Source of the DNA: Dehalococcoidia bacterium
Lineage (GTDB): Bacteria > Chloroflexota > Dehalococcoidia > UBA2979
DNA length: 64,000 bases
Assembly (NCBI GenBank): GCA_964291495.2
Contig: OZ219867.1
Location: 1-64,000, forward strand
Direction: 5' to 3'
Made by a program: the position numbers and the translations under genes. A model generated the notes under the pieces. That model did not search any database, had not been told where the DNA came from, and saw nothing but the letters and a program-made list of their open reading frames with translations. Numbering within the stretch: position 1 is the stretch's first letter; each line of letters starts with the position of its first letter. Below are positions 26,169-35,639 of this stretch, piece after piece.

Positions 26169-27359
26169 CTAGCGCTGCCCGCGCGGCTCCAGCCGCACGC
26201 CGGCCTCCGAGTCCGGGTCGGCCACGAGTGCCGCCTTGCCGCTGAGCCAGGCGAGGATTGCGTCGCCGGCCAGCGCGCCGCGCCAGCCCTCGAGCAGTGG
26301 GAGCGGCGGCGGCGACTCGCGGTCGCCCTCGATCCACCAGCGGACGACCGCCTCGATCTCGCTGCGTGGTCCGAGGAAGCGCGGGGCGATCCCGGCCTCG
26401 AGCGCGAGCGCGCGCACGAGACCGTGCAGCGCCGCCGCCCAGACCTCGCCGGCCGGCGAGAGCGGCGCGCGCGAGGGCTCCCGCTCGGGCGGATTCGCCG
26501 CGCCCTCCTCGATCGCCGCCAGCAGCCTCCGGCCGTGGCGCCGCACGACGCCCTCGTCGACGCCGCGGACGGCGCGCAGGCCGTCTGCGCTCGACGGCCC
26601 GGTGCGTGCCAGCTCGAGCATCGATCGGTCGTTGAGGACGCGCGAGGGCGGGCGGTTGCCGCGCAGCGCCTCGCGCTCTCGCCAGGCGGCCAGCTCGCGC
26701 AACGCGCCGCGTTCGCGCCCGTTGAGGCGCGACCAGCCCTTTACGCGGCGGTAGCTCTCGCCGGGCGTCGGCCGCCGCCAGGCGGTGGCGGCGAGCCGCT
26801 CGCACTCCTCGATCGCCCACGCCAGCCGCTCGCCGCCGCCCAGGCGGCCGCGCAGCTCCGCCCACACGCGCCCGAGGTAACGCACGTCGTCGAGGGCGTA
26901 CGCGAGCTGCTTGCGCGAGAGCGGGCGGCGCAACCACTCCGTGTACTGCGAGCCCTTGTGCAGCCGCACGCCGAGGGTGTTCTGCACCAGCGCCGCGTAG
27001 CCGATCTGGTCGCCGTATCCCGCGAACGCGGCTGTGATCTGCGTGTCGCGTACCGCGCTGCCCTGCACCTCGTAGCGCCCGGCGAGGATCGCGAGATCCG
27101 CCTGCGCCGCATGCACGATCGTCTCGATGCCCTCGTCGGCTACGAGCACGGCGAAGGGCGTCACATCGACCTCAAGCGGGTCGATGGCGGCGAGTTCGGG
27201 GTCGTCGGGGTCGCCCCAGGCGACCTGCACGAGCGCCAGCTCGGGGATGTAGCGGCCCTCCGGGACGAACTCGAGGTCGAAGGCGAAGCTGCCCGCCTCG
27301 CGGACGCGCTCGACGACCTCGTCGAGCTCGCGGGCGGTGGTTGCGAGGGAGCCGTTCAT
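26169..27359 (-). CDS. rnd: Ribonuclease D (DEDD exonuclease plus HRDC domain)
   Basis: FDLEF, HAAQAD, DTQI, WLRRPL...YALDDV and WREREA motifs. Confidence 0.9.
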   Translation of the reverse strand: MNGSLATTARELDEVVERVREAGSFAFDLEFVPEGRYIPELALVQVAWGDPDDPELAAIDPLEVDVTPFAVLVADEGIETIVHAAQADLAILAGRYEVQGSAVRDTQITAAFAGYGDQIGYAALVQNTLGVRLHKGSQYTEWLRRPLSRKQLAYALDDVRYLGRVWAELRGRLGGGERLAWAIEECERLAATAWRRPTPGESYRRVKGWSRLNGRERGALRELAAWREREALRGNRPPSRVLNDRSMLELARTGPSSADGLRAVRGVDEGVVRRHGRRLLAAIEEGAANPPEREPSRAPLSPAGEVWAAALHGLVRALALEAGIAPRFLGPRSEIEAVVRWWIEGDRESPPPLPLLEGWRGALAGDAILAWLSGKAALVADPDSEAGVRLEPRGQR

Positions 27360-27608
27360 GGGCCCCTTCCGGCGGTGGCTGTCCGGCGCTGGGGAGCGGT
27401 CGGGCCGGGTGGTGGACCCGGGTGGACTGTACGCAGGACAGCCCGGTTGGTGTTGGTCCTGCAAGGCCCTGCCCTGCGCCCATCGTGCAAGGCTGGCGTG
27501 AAGTGCGCAACGCCTGTGGGTGACTCTCGGTCTGCCCGGTTCCTCCATGGACCCATGCGCCTCGCGCCGCCGCCTGGTCGCGGTATGCGGCGTCGCCGGC
27601 CTGCGGGG

Positions 27609-30600
27609 CTATCCTCCGCTGGCGGGCTCGAGCCAGTAGCGGCGGTGCTGGAAGGGGTAGGCGGGAATCGCCACGCGGCGGCGCAACTCGCCGGCGAACA
27701 GGCCGGCGAATGCAACATCGAGGCCCGCCTCGTAGGCCCGCGCCACCTCGCGCACGAACGCCTCCGAGGGCTCAACGCCGGCTCCCAGCCCGATCGTCAT
27801 CACGACGTCCATGCCCAGCTCGCCGAGCACGCCCGAGCCGTCGGCGGAGCTCGCCGGCAGCCGCGCCCGGCGCAGCCAGTGGGCCGCATCGAACACCGTG
27901 CTCGAGCCGAAGGGCTCCCCGGTCTCGCCGTCCACGACCACGATCGACGGCCGCGAGGGCGCGGATCCGCCGAGGGCCGCCTCGAACGCGGCCAGAGCCG
28001 AGTCGCCGTCCTGCGCCAGGCCCGCGCGCGCGATTGCGAGGCGCAGCCCGGCCTCGAGGCTGAGGACGCCCGCCGCCTGCGCCGCGGCCAACTCCCCGAC
28101 ACCGTGCCCGAGCACGGCATCCGGCCGGGTCCCCACGCTCGACCAGAGGGCCGTCAGCGCGCACTGCAGGGCGTAGTCGGCGGGTTGCCGCCACGTCGCG
28201 TCCTCGCCGAACAGCGTGTCGAGCAAGGACGTCTGACGCTCGGAGCGGAACACCTCCTCGCAGCGGTCGAGGATCGCCCGCACCACCGGCTCGGCCTCGT
28301 ACAAGGCCCGCGCCGCCGAGGGTGACTCGTCGACCTCGGCGCCGTAGACGAAGCCGACGCGACGCGCCGCTTGCGGCTCGAGGTTGTCGGTCGAGTCCGC
28401 GAGCGCGCGCAGGCCATCGCGGAGGGTGCGGGCGTCGCTGAACACGACGCCGGCGCGGTGTGGGAAGTGGCTGCGCCCGACCCCGGCCGTCCACGCGACG
28501 TCCGCCAGCGTCGACTCGGCCGGAGCGCCGTCCAGCGCCTCCAGCGAGGCGAGGTAGTCGCGAGCGAGGTCGCGCAGGGCGTCGGACGATCGGGCCGACA
28601 GCGGCAGCAGGCGGACGGTGTCGCTGCCCTCGGTACCGTCGGGCGCGGGTAGCTCCGTTCCCGCCTGCGAGGGCAGCGCGACGGGCTGCGGCGCCCCGGG
28701 GGCCCACGCGCCCGAGGCGGGCGCGTCCGCCGTGTAACCCTCGACGACGACGTGGGCGTTGGCCCCGGTGATGCCGAACGCGCTTACCGCCGCCAACGGC
28801 TCCCGATCGGGGTGCTGCGGCCACTCGGTCGCCGCGTCCGTCACGCGCAATGGCAGCCGCTCCCACTCGATGTGCTCCGAGGGCTCGCGGAAGTGCAGGT
28901 GAGCGGGGATCACCCCGCGTTGCATCGCCAGTACCGCCTTGATCAGGCCGGCCATCCCAGACGCCGACTCGGTGTGGCCGATGTTGGTCTTGACCGACCC
29001 CACCAGCAGTGGGCGCTCCGCCTCGCGGCCGCGGCCGTAGACGGCCGCCGCGGCCTCGATCTCGATCGCGTCGCCAAGCTCGGAGGCGGTCCCGTGCGCC
29101 TCGAGGTAGTCGACGTCCGCCGGATCGACGCCCGCGCTCGCGAGAGCCTGCTCGATGACGTGCTGTTGCGCGAGTCCGCTGGGCGCGGTCGGGCCGGCGC
29201 TCACGCCGCCCTGGTTGACGCCCGAGCCGCGGACGACGCCCCAGATGCGGTCACCGTCCTCGAGCGCCTCGTCCAGGCGCTTGAGGATCACGACGCCGCA
29301 GCCCTCGCCGCGAATGAACCCGTCCGCCCCGGCGTTGAACGTCAGGCACTCGCCGCCGGACGACAGCATTCCGAGCTCGGCCATCTTGAGCGTCGCGTCG
29401 GGCGAGAGCGCGGCGTTCACGCCGGCGACGAGGGCGAGGTTGATCTCGCCGTGGCGCAGGGCCGTCACGGCGTGGTGCACGGCGACCAGCGAGGACGCAC
29501 AGGCGACCTCCACCGGCAGCGCCGGGCCCTCGAGCCCGAGCGTGAAGGCCACGCGCCCGATCGATGTACTGCCGTTGATGCCGACGTAGCCGATCGGCTT
29601 CCCGCGCAGGGTCATCACGTCGCGGTACTCGCCGAGGCCGACCCCGGCGTAGGTGCCGGTGCGGCTGCCGCGTAGCGAGTCCGGATCGATGCCTGCGTCC
29701 TCGAGGGCGTGCCAGGTCGTCTCGAGCAGCATCCGCAGCTGCGGGTCCATGTTCCGCGCCTCGATCGGCGAGACGCGGAAGAAGGCTGCGTCGAACTGAT
29801 CGACTCCTTCGACGAAGCCCGCGCGGCGATGCGGGTCATCCCCGGTCGCGCCGTCTCCGAAGAAGTCGGCCCAGGGGCCGGAGCCGTTCCGCGCGTCGCT
29901 GACGCCGCTCGCGCCCGCCTCGAGGAGCTCCCAGAAGGCCGCGAGGTCGGCGGCGCCGGGGAACTTGCAGGCCATGCCCACGATGGCGATCGCGTCCTCG
30001 GCGACTTGCCGTGGCGCGCGGGGAGCTACGGGCAGCACCGCAGGCTGCGGTGCCTGCTCGCCCTCGATACTCAGCACCTCGGTCAGGTGAGTGGCGAGAC
30101 TTGCCGTGTCGGGGTAGTCGAAGGCGATCGTGTTGGAGACGGTATGCGCTCCGCCGAGGGCGAGGTTGAGCCGCACCCGCAGCTCCAGCGCCATCAGCGA
30201 GTCGAGGCCGAGGTCGAAGAACGTGACGTTGGGGTCCGGCGGCGAGGGCATCCGCAGCAGCTCCTGCAGCAGGCCCTGGACGGCCTCTTCGACAATCCCG
30301 TAGCGCTGCTGCTCGGGCGCCTCCCGCAGGCGCGAGATCAGATCCCCGGACGTCTCGGAGTCGTCGGACTGCGCGGGTGCGGAGAGCAGATCCTCGATGA
30401 GCGGCGGGACGCTGCGCAGCGAGGCGGCATAGACGTCCCAGTCGATCAGCGTGACCCCGGTGACCGCCAGGTCCTGTCGTACGAGTCGATCGAGGGCGCG
30501 AATGCCCTGCGCCGGGGTCATCCAGTCGTAGCCGGACGCCGCTGCCGCGCTCTCGAGCCGATCGCGCCGCTGCTCGCCGCCGCCGACGGTCCCCCAGGCC

Positions 30601-33600
30601 CCCCACTGGACGGACTGCCCGGGAAGCCCCAGTGCGCGCCGGTGCCGCGCGAGCTCGTCGCAGAACGTGTTCGCGGCGGCGTAGTTGGACTGCCCGGGAT
30701 TGCCGCGGACGCCCGACATGCTCGTGTAGAGGATGAACAGGTCCAGGTCGCGGTCCTCCGTCTGGCGGTGCAGCTCCCAGGCCCCCAGCACCTTCGACCA
30801 GATCACCTCCTCGAACCCGGCCCAGCGCTGGTTGATGAGCGCCGCGTCGGACAGCGCCACTGCGCTGTGGACCACGCCGCCGAGCGGCGGGAGGGTCGCA
30901 TCGATGCGCGCGAGCATCGCGCTCAGCTCCTCCATGTTCGCCACGTCGGCCAGCTCCACGTGCACGTCGACGCCGCGCTCACGCAGCGAGCGGATGACCT
31001 CCTCGGCGGCGGCATTGGGTGGCCGGCGTCCGTTGAGGACGATCGTCCGGGCGCCGTTGTCCGCGAGCCACCCGGCGGTCGCGCCGCCGACGCCGCCGAG
31101 GCCGCCGGTCACCAGGTAGGTGCGGTCGTCGCGAACGCGACTGGCTGCATCGTCAGGCGGGGGCGCCTGCGCCGCGCCGCCACTGCCTCGCACGATCCGT
31201 TGCACGTAGCGGGTCCCCGCCCGGTAGGCGACGAGGTCTTCCGGTTCGGGGCTGAGTAGCTCGTCGATGAAGGCGTCGGGGATCTCGTCGTCGTCCGGGT
31301 CGAGGTCCACGACTCTCGCCGGCAGCTGGGCCAGCTCGCGCGTCACTACCTTGCCGAAGCCCCAGAGCAGCGCGCCGCCGAGCTCGCCCGGCCGTTCCTC
31401 GTGCAGCACCTGTCCGCCACGGGTTACGAGCCAGATGCCGTGCTCCGGAGCGGCGTCCGCATCGACCAGCCCCTGGACGAGCGCGAGGGCGCTCCCGAGG
31501 CCGCGCGTGACGTCTTCCTGTAGCTCCTCGGTCGTTGCCCGGGCGCCGTGCCCGTCGAGCGCCGCGAGGTGCACGACGCCTCGCAGCGGCGCGCCCTCGG
31601 GCAGCCCCTCGATCAGCGAGCGCCAGGACTCGCGGCTGCTCGCATCCATGGCTGCATCGCCTGCCAGAACCACGGTCTGGCCTCGCTCGGCGAGCGCCGC
31701 AGCCACGCGATCGGCGACACCGCCCCGGTCGGCTGCGAGGACCCACACGCCGGGCGAGTCGCCGCCGGTCTCGTCAGGCTCAGGAGGCTCCTCCGCTTGC
31801 GCTGACTCGCCGAGGGGGCGCTCGCGCCAGACGACCTCGTACATGAGGTCGTCGACCGTGTCCAACGCAGCCAGGAGCGCTGCCCGCGTCGCGCGCTTCA
31901 CGGTGAAGCCCTCGGCGCCGCCGATCGCGACGCCATCCTCGTCGTAGATCCAGAGGTCGGCCTTCAGCACTTCGGCTGGTTCGTCCGAGGCGCTAGCGCC
32001 TGCCTCGTGCAGCTCCGCCCGGCACACCAGGCGCTCGGGGAGCGGGCCGGTCAGCCACAGCCGCTCCCAGCCGAACGGCATGTAGACGGTCGTGTCGCCT
32101 TCGTCGGTGCTGCGCCCTCCCGACATGACCTGGGAGCAGGCGTCCAGCAGGAGCGGGTGGATCTCGATTCCGTTCCGGTCCACCAGGCTCGGCAGGGCGA
32201 TCTCCCCGAGCGCCTCGCCCTGCCCCTGCCAGAGCGCGGTCAGCCCGCGGAAGGGCGGGCCAAGCTCGACTCCGACGCCGCTTCTCGCCCGGTAGAGATC
32301 TCGCGGGTCGCCGGGCGTCATGCCGGCCTTCGCGGCTTCGACATTGATCGAGGCGCCCGCCCCGTCCAGCGGAGCCGTCGCCGGGACGCTGCCCCTCGCG
32401 TGCAGCGTCCAGTCCGTGCCGGCGCCCTTGCTGAAGATCTCGACGCGCCGGCGCTGCCGCTCGTCGGGCTGCCCGAGGATGATCTGCAGCCGGCGGCCCT
32501 GTTCCTCGCCGTCTGCCGCCTCCGGGAAGATCAGCGGGCTGAACAGCTGCAGGTCGTCCATGAGCACGGTGGCGCCCTCGGACAGCAGCGCCGAGGCCAC
32601 CAGCGCGCTGTACAGCGCCCCGGGCGCCACCACGCGCCCGAACACCCGGTGCTCCTGCAACCACGGCGGGTCCGACGGCTCGATCTCGGACTCGAACGAG
32701 ATCTCGCCGTTCGGCGACTCGTGCCGCAGGCCGAGCAGGGGATGGCCGACGGCCGCGCGTCGCTGCCGGGGCGCCTTGAACCAGTAGGAACTGCGCTGGA
32801 ACGGGTATCCGGGGATCGGGATACGGCGTCGCTCCTCACCCGTGAACAGACCCTCGAACGAGATGTCGAGGCCGGCCGTGTACGCCTCGGCGACGGCCTC
32901 CGTGAATCCGCTCGCCGCCTCCGTGCCGCCCCGCACCTCGGGACGCTGCATGGTGGGAATGGCGACTACTGCCCCGGGAGTGCCCGGCGGGTGCGGCCAG
33001 ATCATGCTGATCATCGGCCCGAGCACGGCGTGCGGACCGATCTCGATCACGGTGTCCACGCCGAGGTCCGAGAGGGTCCTGACGCTGTCCGCGAACGCCA
33101 CCGGCTGGCGCACGTGCCGTCTCCAATACGCGCCGTCCAGCGCCACACCCGCGTCTATGGCCTCGCCGTCGATGTTGCTGACGAACTCCACCCCCGGTGG
33201 TTCGACGTCGATTGCGTTCGCGGACGCTTCGAGCTCTGGCAGCATCGGGTCCAGTAGCGGGCTGTGGGCGGCCCGTGCGAAGTCCATGCGTCGTGCACGA
33301 ATCTCCTGCGCCTCGAAGTGCGCCGAGATGACGTCGACCTCGTCCGCGAGGCCGGTCACGACCTGGTTGAGGCCGTTGTCGGAGGCAATGCCCAGCAGGC
33401 CACGCTCGGACACGGCGTTGATCTCCTCGATTGCCGCTTCGACGTCCTCGCGCGGGGCGAAGATGGCCACCCCCGCTCCCGGCTCGGTCTCGAACATGAG
33501 TCGGCCACGAACGATCGCCAGCCGCATGCCGTCCTCGAGGCTGAACACCCCCGCCGCCTGGGCGGCGGGCAGCTCTCCGAAGCTGTGCCCGATCACGACA

Positions 33601-35615
33601 TCGGGCTGGACCCCGACACTCGCCCAGAGCGCCGTCATCGCACACTCGAGCGCGTAGAGGGCGGGCTGAGCCCAGTCCGTCTGGTCCAGGACCGGCCTGG
33701 CGCCTTCGGGGCCAAACATGACGTCGAGCAGGGACTCGCCCCGCTCCTCGAGGTGCACGGCCTCGCAGCGGTCCATCACGGCCCGCGCGATCGGCTCGGT
33801 TTCGTAGAGGTCCCGGCCCATGCCGAGCCATTGGCTGCCCTGCCCGGTGTACGCGAAGGCCACCTTGTCCGCCGAGCCCGGCCTTACTTCCGCCGCGCCG
33901 TTCGCGAGTGCGGTCAACTGCTCGCGCAGGGACTCCGCGTCGCGGAACAGCACGGCCGCGCGATGGCTGAAGTGGCTGCGGCCAATGCCTGCCGTCCACG
34001 CCACGTCCGGGATCGCGGTGTCCCTCGCAGGCGCGCGATCGAGCCAGGACACGTAGCCCTGGGCGAGTTCGCGGAGTGAGGCGTCGTCCCTGCCCGACAG
34101 CGGGAGGATCCGGGCGGACCGCTCACTGACGGGCCCCTCCGGCAGGTCGAGACCAGCGAAGGGTCCCGGCAGCGCAACCGTGACACGACTGGCGACGGCG
34201 GCCGGCCGCCCCGAGTAGGCGTCGGGTCCGGCCCCGGCGCCCCGGTAACCCTCGAGGACGACGTGTGCGTTCGTACCCGTCATCCCGTACGAGCTCACTC
34301 CTGCCAGCCGTGGGTTGCCGGGCCGATCCGGCCACGCGGTGGTTTCCGAGGCCACTCGTACGGGCAGCCCGTCCCAATCGATCGCCGGGTTCGGGGTGTT
34401 GAAGTGCAGGTGCCGAGGAATCACCCCGTGGTGAATCGCCAGCACCGTCTTGATGAGGCCGGCGACGCCGGCCGCCGGCTCGAGGTGACCGAGGTTGGAT
34501 TTCGCCGAGCCGATGAGCAGGGGGCGTTCGGGGTCTCGTCCCTCGGAGTACACGGCCGCCACGGCCGAGAGCTCGATCGGGTCGCCGACAGGCGTGCCCG
34601 TTCCGTGCGCCTCGACATAGTCCACCGCGGCCGGGGCAACGCCGGCCCTGGCGAGTGCTTCCCGGAAGACCCTCCGCTGGGCGAGGTCGTTCGGCGCCGC
34701 GTAGTTCGTGCTGGCGCCATCATGGTTCACCGCCGAGCCGCGAAGCACGCTCCAGACATGGTCTCCATCGGCGACCGCGTCACTCAGCCGCTTCAGGACG
34801 ACGACGCCGCAACCCTCGCCGCGCACCCACCCGTCTGCCGACGCGTCGAACGCCTTGCACTGGCCCTCCGGCGAGAGGGTCCCCGCCTCCGCGTACGACT
34901 CCGAGCGGCGCGGGTCCAGGATGAGGTTGACGCCCGCGACGAGGGCCAGGTCCGCCTCCCCGTGCTGCAGCGCCATGGCCGCCTCGTGCGTGGCGACCAA
35001 CGAGGACGAGCAGGCGGTGTCCACCGCCATCGCCGGGCCCTGGAGGCCCAGCAGGAAGGCAAGCCGGCCACTGATGCCGTTGAGGTTGGTGCTGAGGTTG
35101 GCGTACAGCCTGGCCGCGCGCCCGACGGACTCCGGGGACTGATCCAGCGCACGGAAGACCACCTCGCGATACTCCATGTTGCTGACGCCCGTGAACACGG
35201 CCGTGCGAGTGCCCCTGAGTCGATCGGGGTCTAGCCCGGCATCCTCCAGCGCCCGCCAGGTGGTCTCCAGCGTCAGCCGCTGCTGCGGATCCACGATCTG
35301 TGCCTCGAGCGGAGACATGCGGAAGAACGCCGCATCGAACAGGTCGACGTCGGTCAGGAAGCCGCCGAAGCGGGCGAGATCACTCGCGCCTTCGCGCTCT
35401 CCGAATGCGTCGCTGGTACGTCCGACTCCGGAACCGGGGACGGACCTGGTCACGGCGTTGCGGCCCTCCTCGAGCAGCTCCCAGTAGGCGTCGAGGTCGG
35501 GCGCGCCGGGGAAGCGACAGGCCATGCCGATGATCGCCAGCGGCTCGGTCATTGCAACTCCTCCGCCGTCACGCGCGGTGGACGGCGCACGGGCAGGGTC
35601 GCTTGTCGCGTTCAT
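27609..35615 (-). CDS. supA: Type I PKS, SupA-like: KS-AT-DH-KR-ACP-KS-AT(inactive)
   Basis: KS1 DTACSSS/HGTGT/GHLE, AT1 GHSFG, DH HRVFGRVVAP, KR TGGLGGVG and YAAAN, ACP GLDSL, KS2 VACASS, AT2 GHGVG; start could be near 35552 (MTEPLAII); symbol assigned from operon context. Confidence 0.85.
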   Translation of the reverse strand: MNATSDPARAPSTARDGGGVAMTEPLAIIGMACRFPGAPDLDAYWELLEEGRNAVTRSVPGSGVGRTSDAFGEREGASDLARFGGFLTDVDLFDAAFFRMSPLEAQIVDPQQRLTLETTWRALEDAGLDPDRLRGTRTAVFTGVSNMEYREVVFRALDQSPESVGRAARLYANLSTNLNGISGRLAFLLGLQGPAMAVDTACSSSLVATHEAAMALQHGEADLALVAGVNLILDPRRSESYAEAGTLSPEGQCKAFDASADGWVRGEGCGVVVLKRLSDAVADGDHVWSVLRGSAVNHDGASTNYAAPNDLAQRRVFREALARAGVAPAAVDYVEAHGTGTPVGDPIELSAVAAVYSEGRDPERPLLIGSAKSNLGHLEPAAGVAGLIKTVLAIHHGVIPRHLHFNTPNPAIDWDGLPVRVASETTAWPDRPGNPRLAGVSSYGMTGTNAHVVLEGYRGAGAGPDAYSGRPAAVASRVTVALPGPFAGLDLPEGPVSERSARILPLSGRDDASLRELAQGYVSWLDRAPARDTAIPDVAWTAGIGRSHFSHRAAVLFRDAESLREQLTALANGAAEVRPGSADKVAFAYTGQGSQWLGMGRDLYETEPIARAVMDRCEAVHLEERGESLLDVMFGPEGARPVLDQTDWAQPALYALECAMTALWASVGVQPDVVIGHSFGELPAAQAAGVFSLEDGMRLAIVRGRLMFETEPGAGVAIFAPREDVEAAIEEINAVSERGLLGIASDNGLNQVVTGLADEVDVISAHFEAQEIRARRMDFARAAHSPLLDPMLPELEASANAIDVEPPGVEFVSNIDGEAIDAGVALDGAYWRRHVRQPVAFADSVRTLSDLGVDTVIEIGPHAVLGPMISMIWPHPPGTPGAVVAIPTMQRPEVRGGTEAASGFTEAVAEAYTAGLDISFEGLFTGEERRRIPIPGYPFQRSSYWFKAPRQRRAAVGHPLLGLRHESPNGEISFESEIEPSDPPWLQEHRVFGRVVAPGALYSALVASALLSEGATVLMDDLQLFSPLIFPEAADGEEQGRRLQIILGQPDERQRRRVEIFSKGAGTDWTLHARGSVPATAPLDGAGASINVEAAKAGMTPGDPRDLYRARSGVGVELGPPFRGLTALWQGQGEALGEIALPSLVDRNGIEIHPLLLDACSQVMSGGRSTDEGDTTVYMPFGWERLWLTGPLPERLVCRAELHEAGASASDEPAEVLKADLWIYDEDGVAIGGAEGFTVKRATRAALLAALDTVDDLMYEVVWRERPLGESAQAEEPPEPDETGGDSPGVWVLAADRGGVADRVAAALAERGQTVVLAGDAAMDASSRESWRSLIEGLPEGAPLRGVVHLAALDGHGARATTEELQEDVTRGLGSALALVQGLVDADAAPEHGIWLVTRGGQVLHEERPGELGGALLWGFGKVVTRELAQLPARVVDLDPDDDEIPDAFIDELLSPEPEDLVAYRAGTRYVQRIVRGSGGAAQAPPPDDAASRVRDDRTYLVTGGLGGVGGATAGWLADNGARTIVLNGRRPPNAAAEEVIRSLRERGVDVHVELADVANMEELSAMLARIDATLPPLGGVVHSAVALSDAALINQRWAGFEEVIWSKVLGAWELHRQTEDRDLDLFILYTSMSGVRGNPGQSNYAAANTFCDELARHRRALGLPGQSVQWGAWGTVGGGEQRRDRLESAAAASGYDWMTPAQGIRALDRLVRQDLAVTGVTLIDWDVYAASLRSVPPLIEDLLSAPAQSDDSETSGDLISRLREAPEQQRYGIVEEAVQGLLQELLRMPSPPDPNVTFFDLGLDSLMALELRVRLNLALGGAHTVSNTIAFDYPDTASLATHLTEVLSIEGEQAPQPAVLPVAPRAPRQVAEDAIAIVGMACKFPGAADLAAFWELLEAGASGVSDARNGSGPWADFFGDGATGDDPHRRAGFVEGVDQFDAAFFRVSPIEARNMDPQLRMLLETTWHALEDAGIDPDSLRGSRTGTYAGVGLGEYRDVMTLRGKPIGYVGINGSTSIGRVAFTLGLEGPALPVEVACASSLVAVHHAVTALRHGEINLALVAGVNAALSPDATLKMAELGMLSSGGECLTFNAGADGFIRGEGCGVVILKRLDEALEDGDRIWGVVRGSGVNQGGVSAGPTAPSGLAQQHVIEQALASAGVDPADVDYLEAHGTASELGDAIEIEAAAAVYGRGREAERPLLVGSVKTNIGHTESASGMAGLIKAVLAMQRGVIPAHLHFREPSEHIEWERLPLRVTDAATEWPQHPDREPLAAVSAFGITGANAHVVVEGYTADAPASGAWAPGAPQPVALPSQAGTELPAPDGTEGSDTVRLLPLSARSSDALRDLARDYLASLEALDGAPAESTLADVAWTAGVGRSHFPHRAGVVFSDARTLRDGLRALADSTDNLEPQAARRVGFVYGAEVDESPSAARALYEAEPVVRAILDRCEEVFRSERQTSLLDTLFGEDATWRQPADYALQCALTALWSSVGTRPDAVLGHGVGELAAAQAAGVLSLEAGLRLAIARAGLAQDGDSALAAFEAALGGSAPSRPSIVVVDGETGEPFGSSTVFDAAHWLRRARLPASSADGSGVLGELGMDVVMTIGLGAGVEPSEAFVREVARAYEAGLDVAFAGLFAGELRRRVAIPAYPFQHRRYWLEPASGG

Positions 35616-35639
35616 CGATCCTACCCCTTCCGTCCATCG

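Noticed and set aside
27360-27608. Possible ncRNA or small ORF between the PKS and rnd
   Set aside because: No recognisable RNA family, strong stem or convincing coding signal
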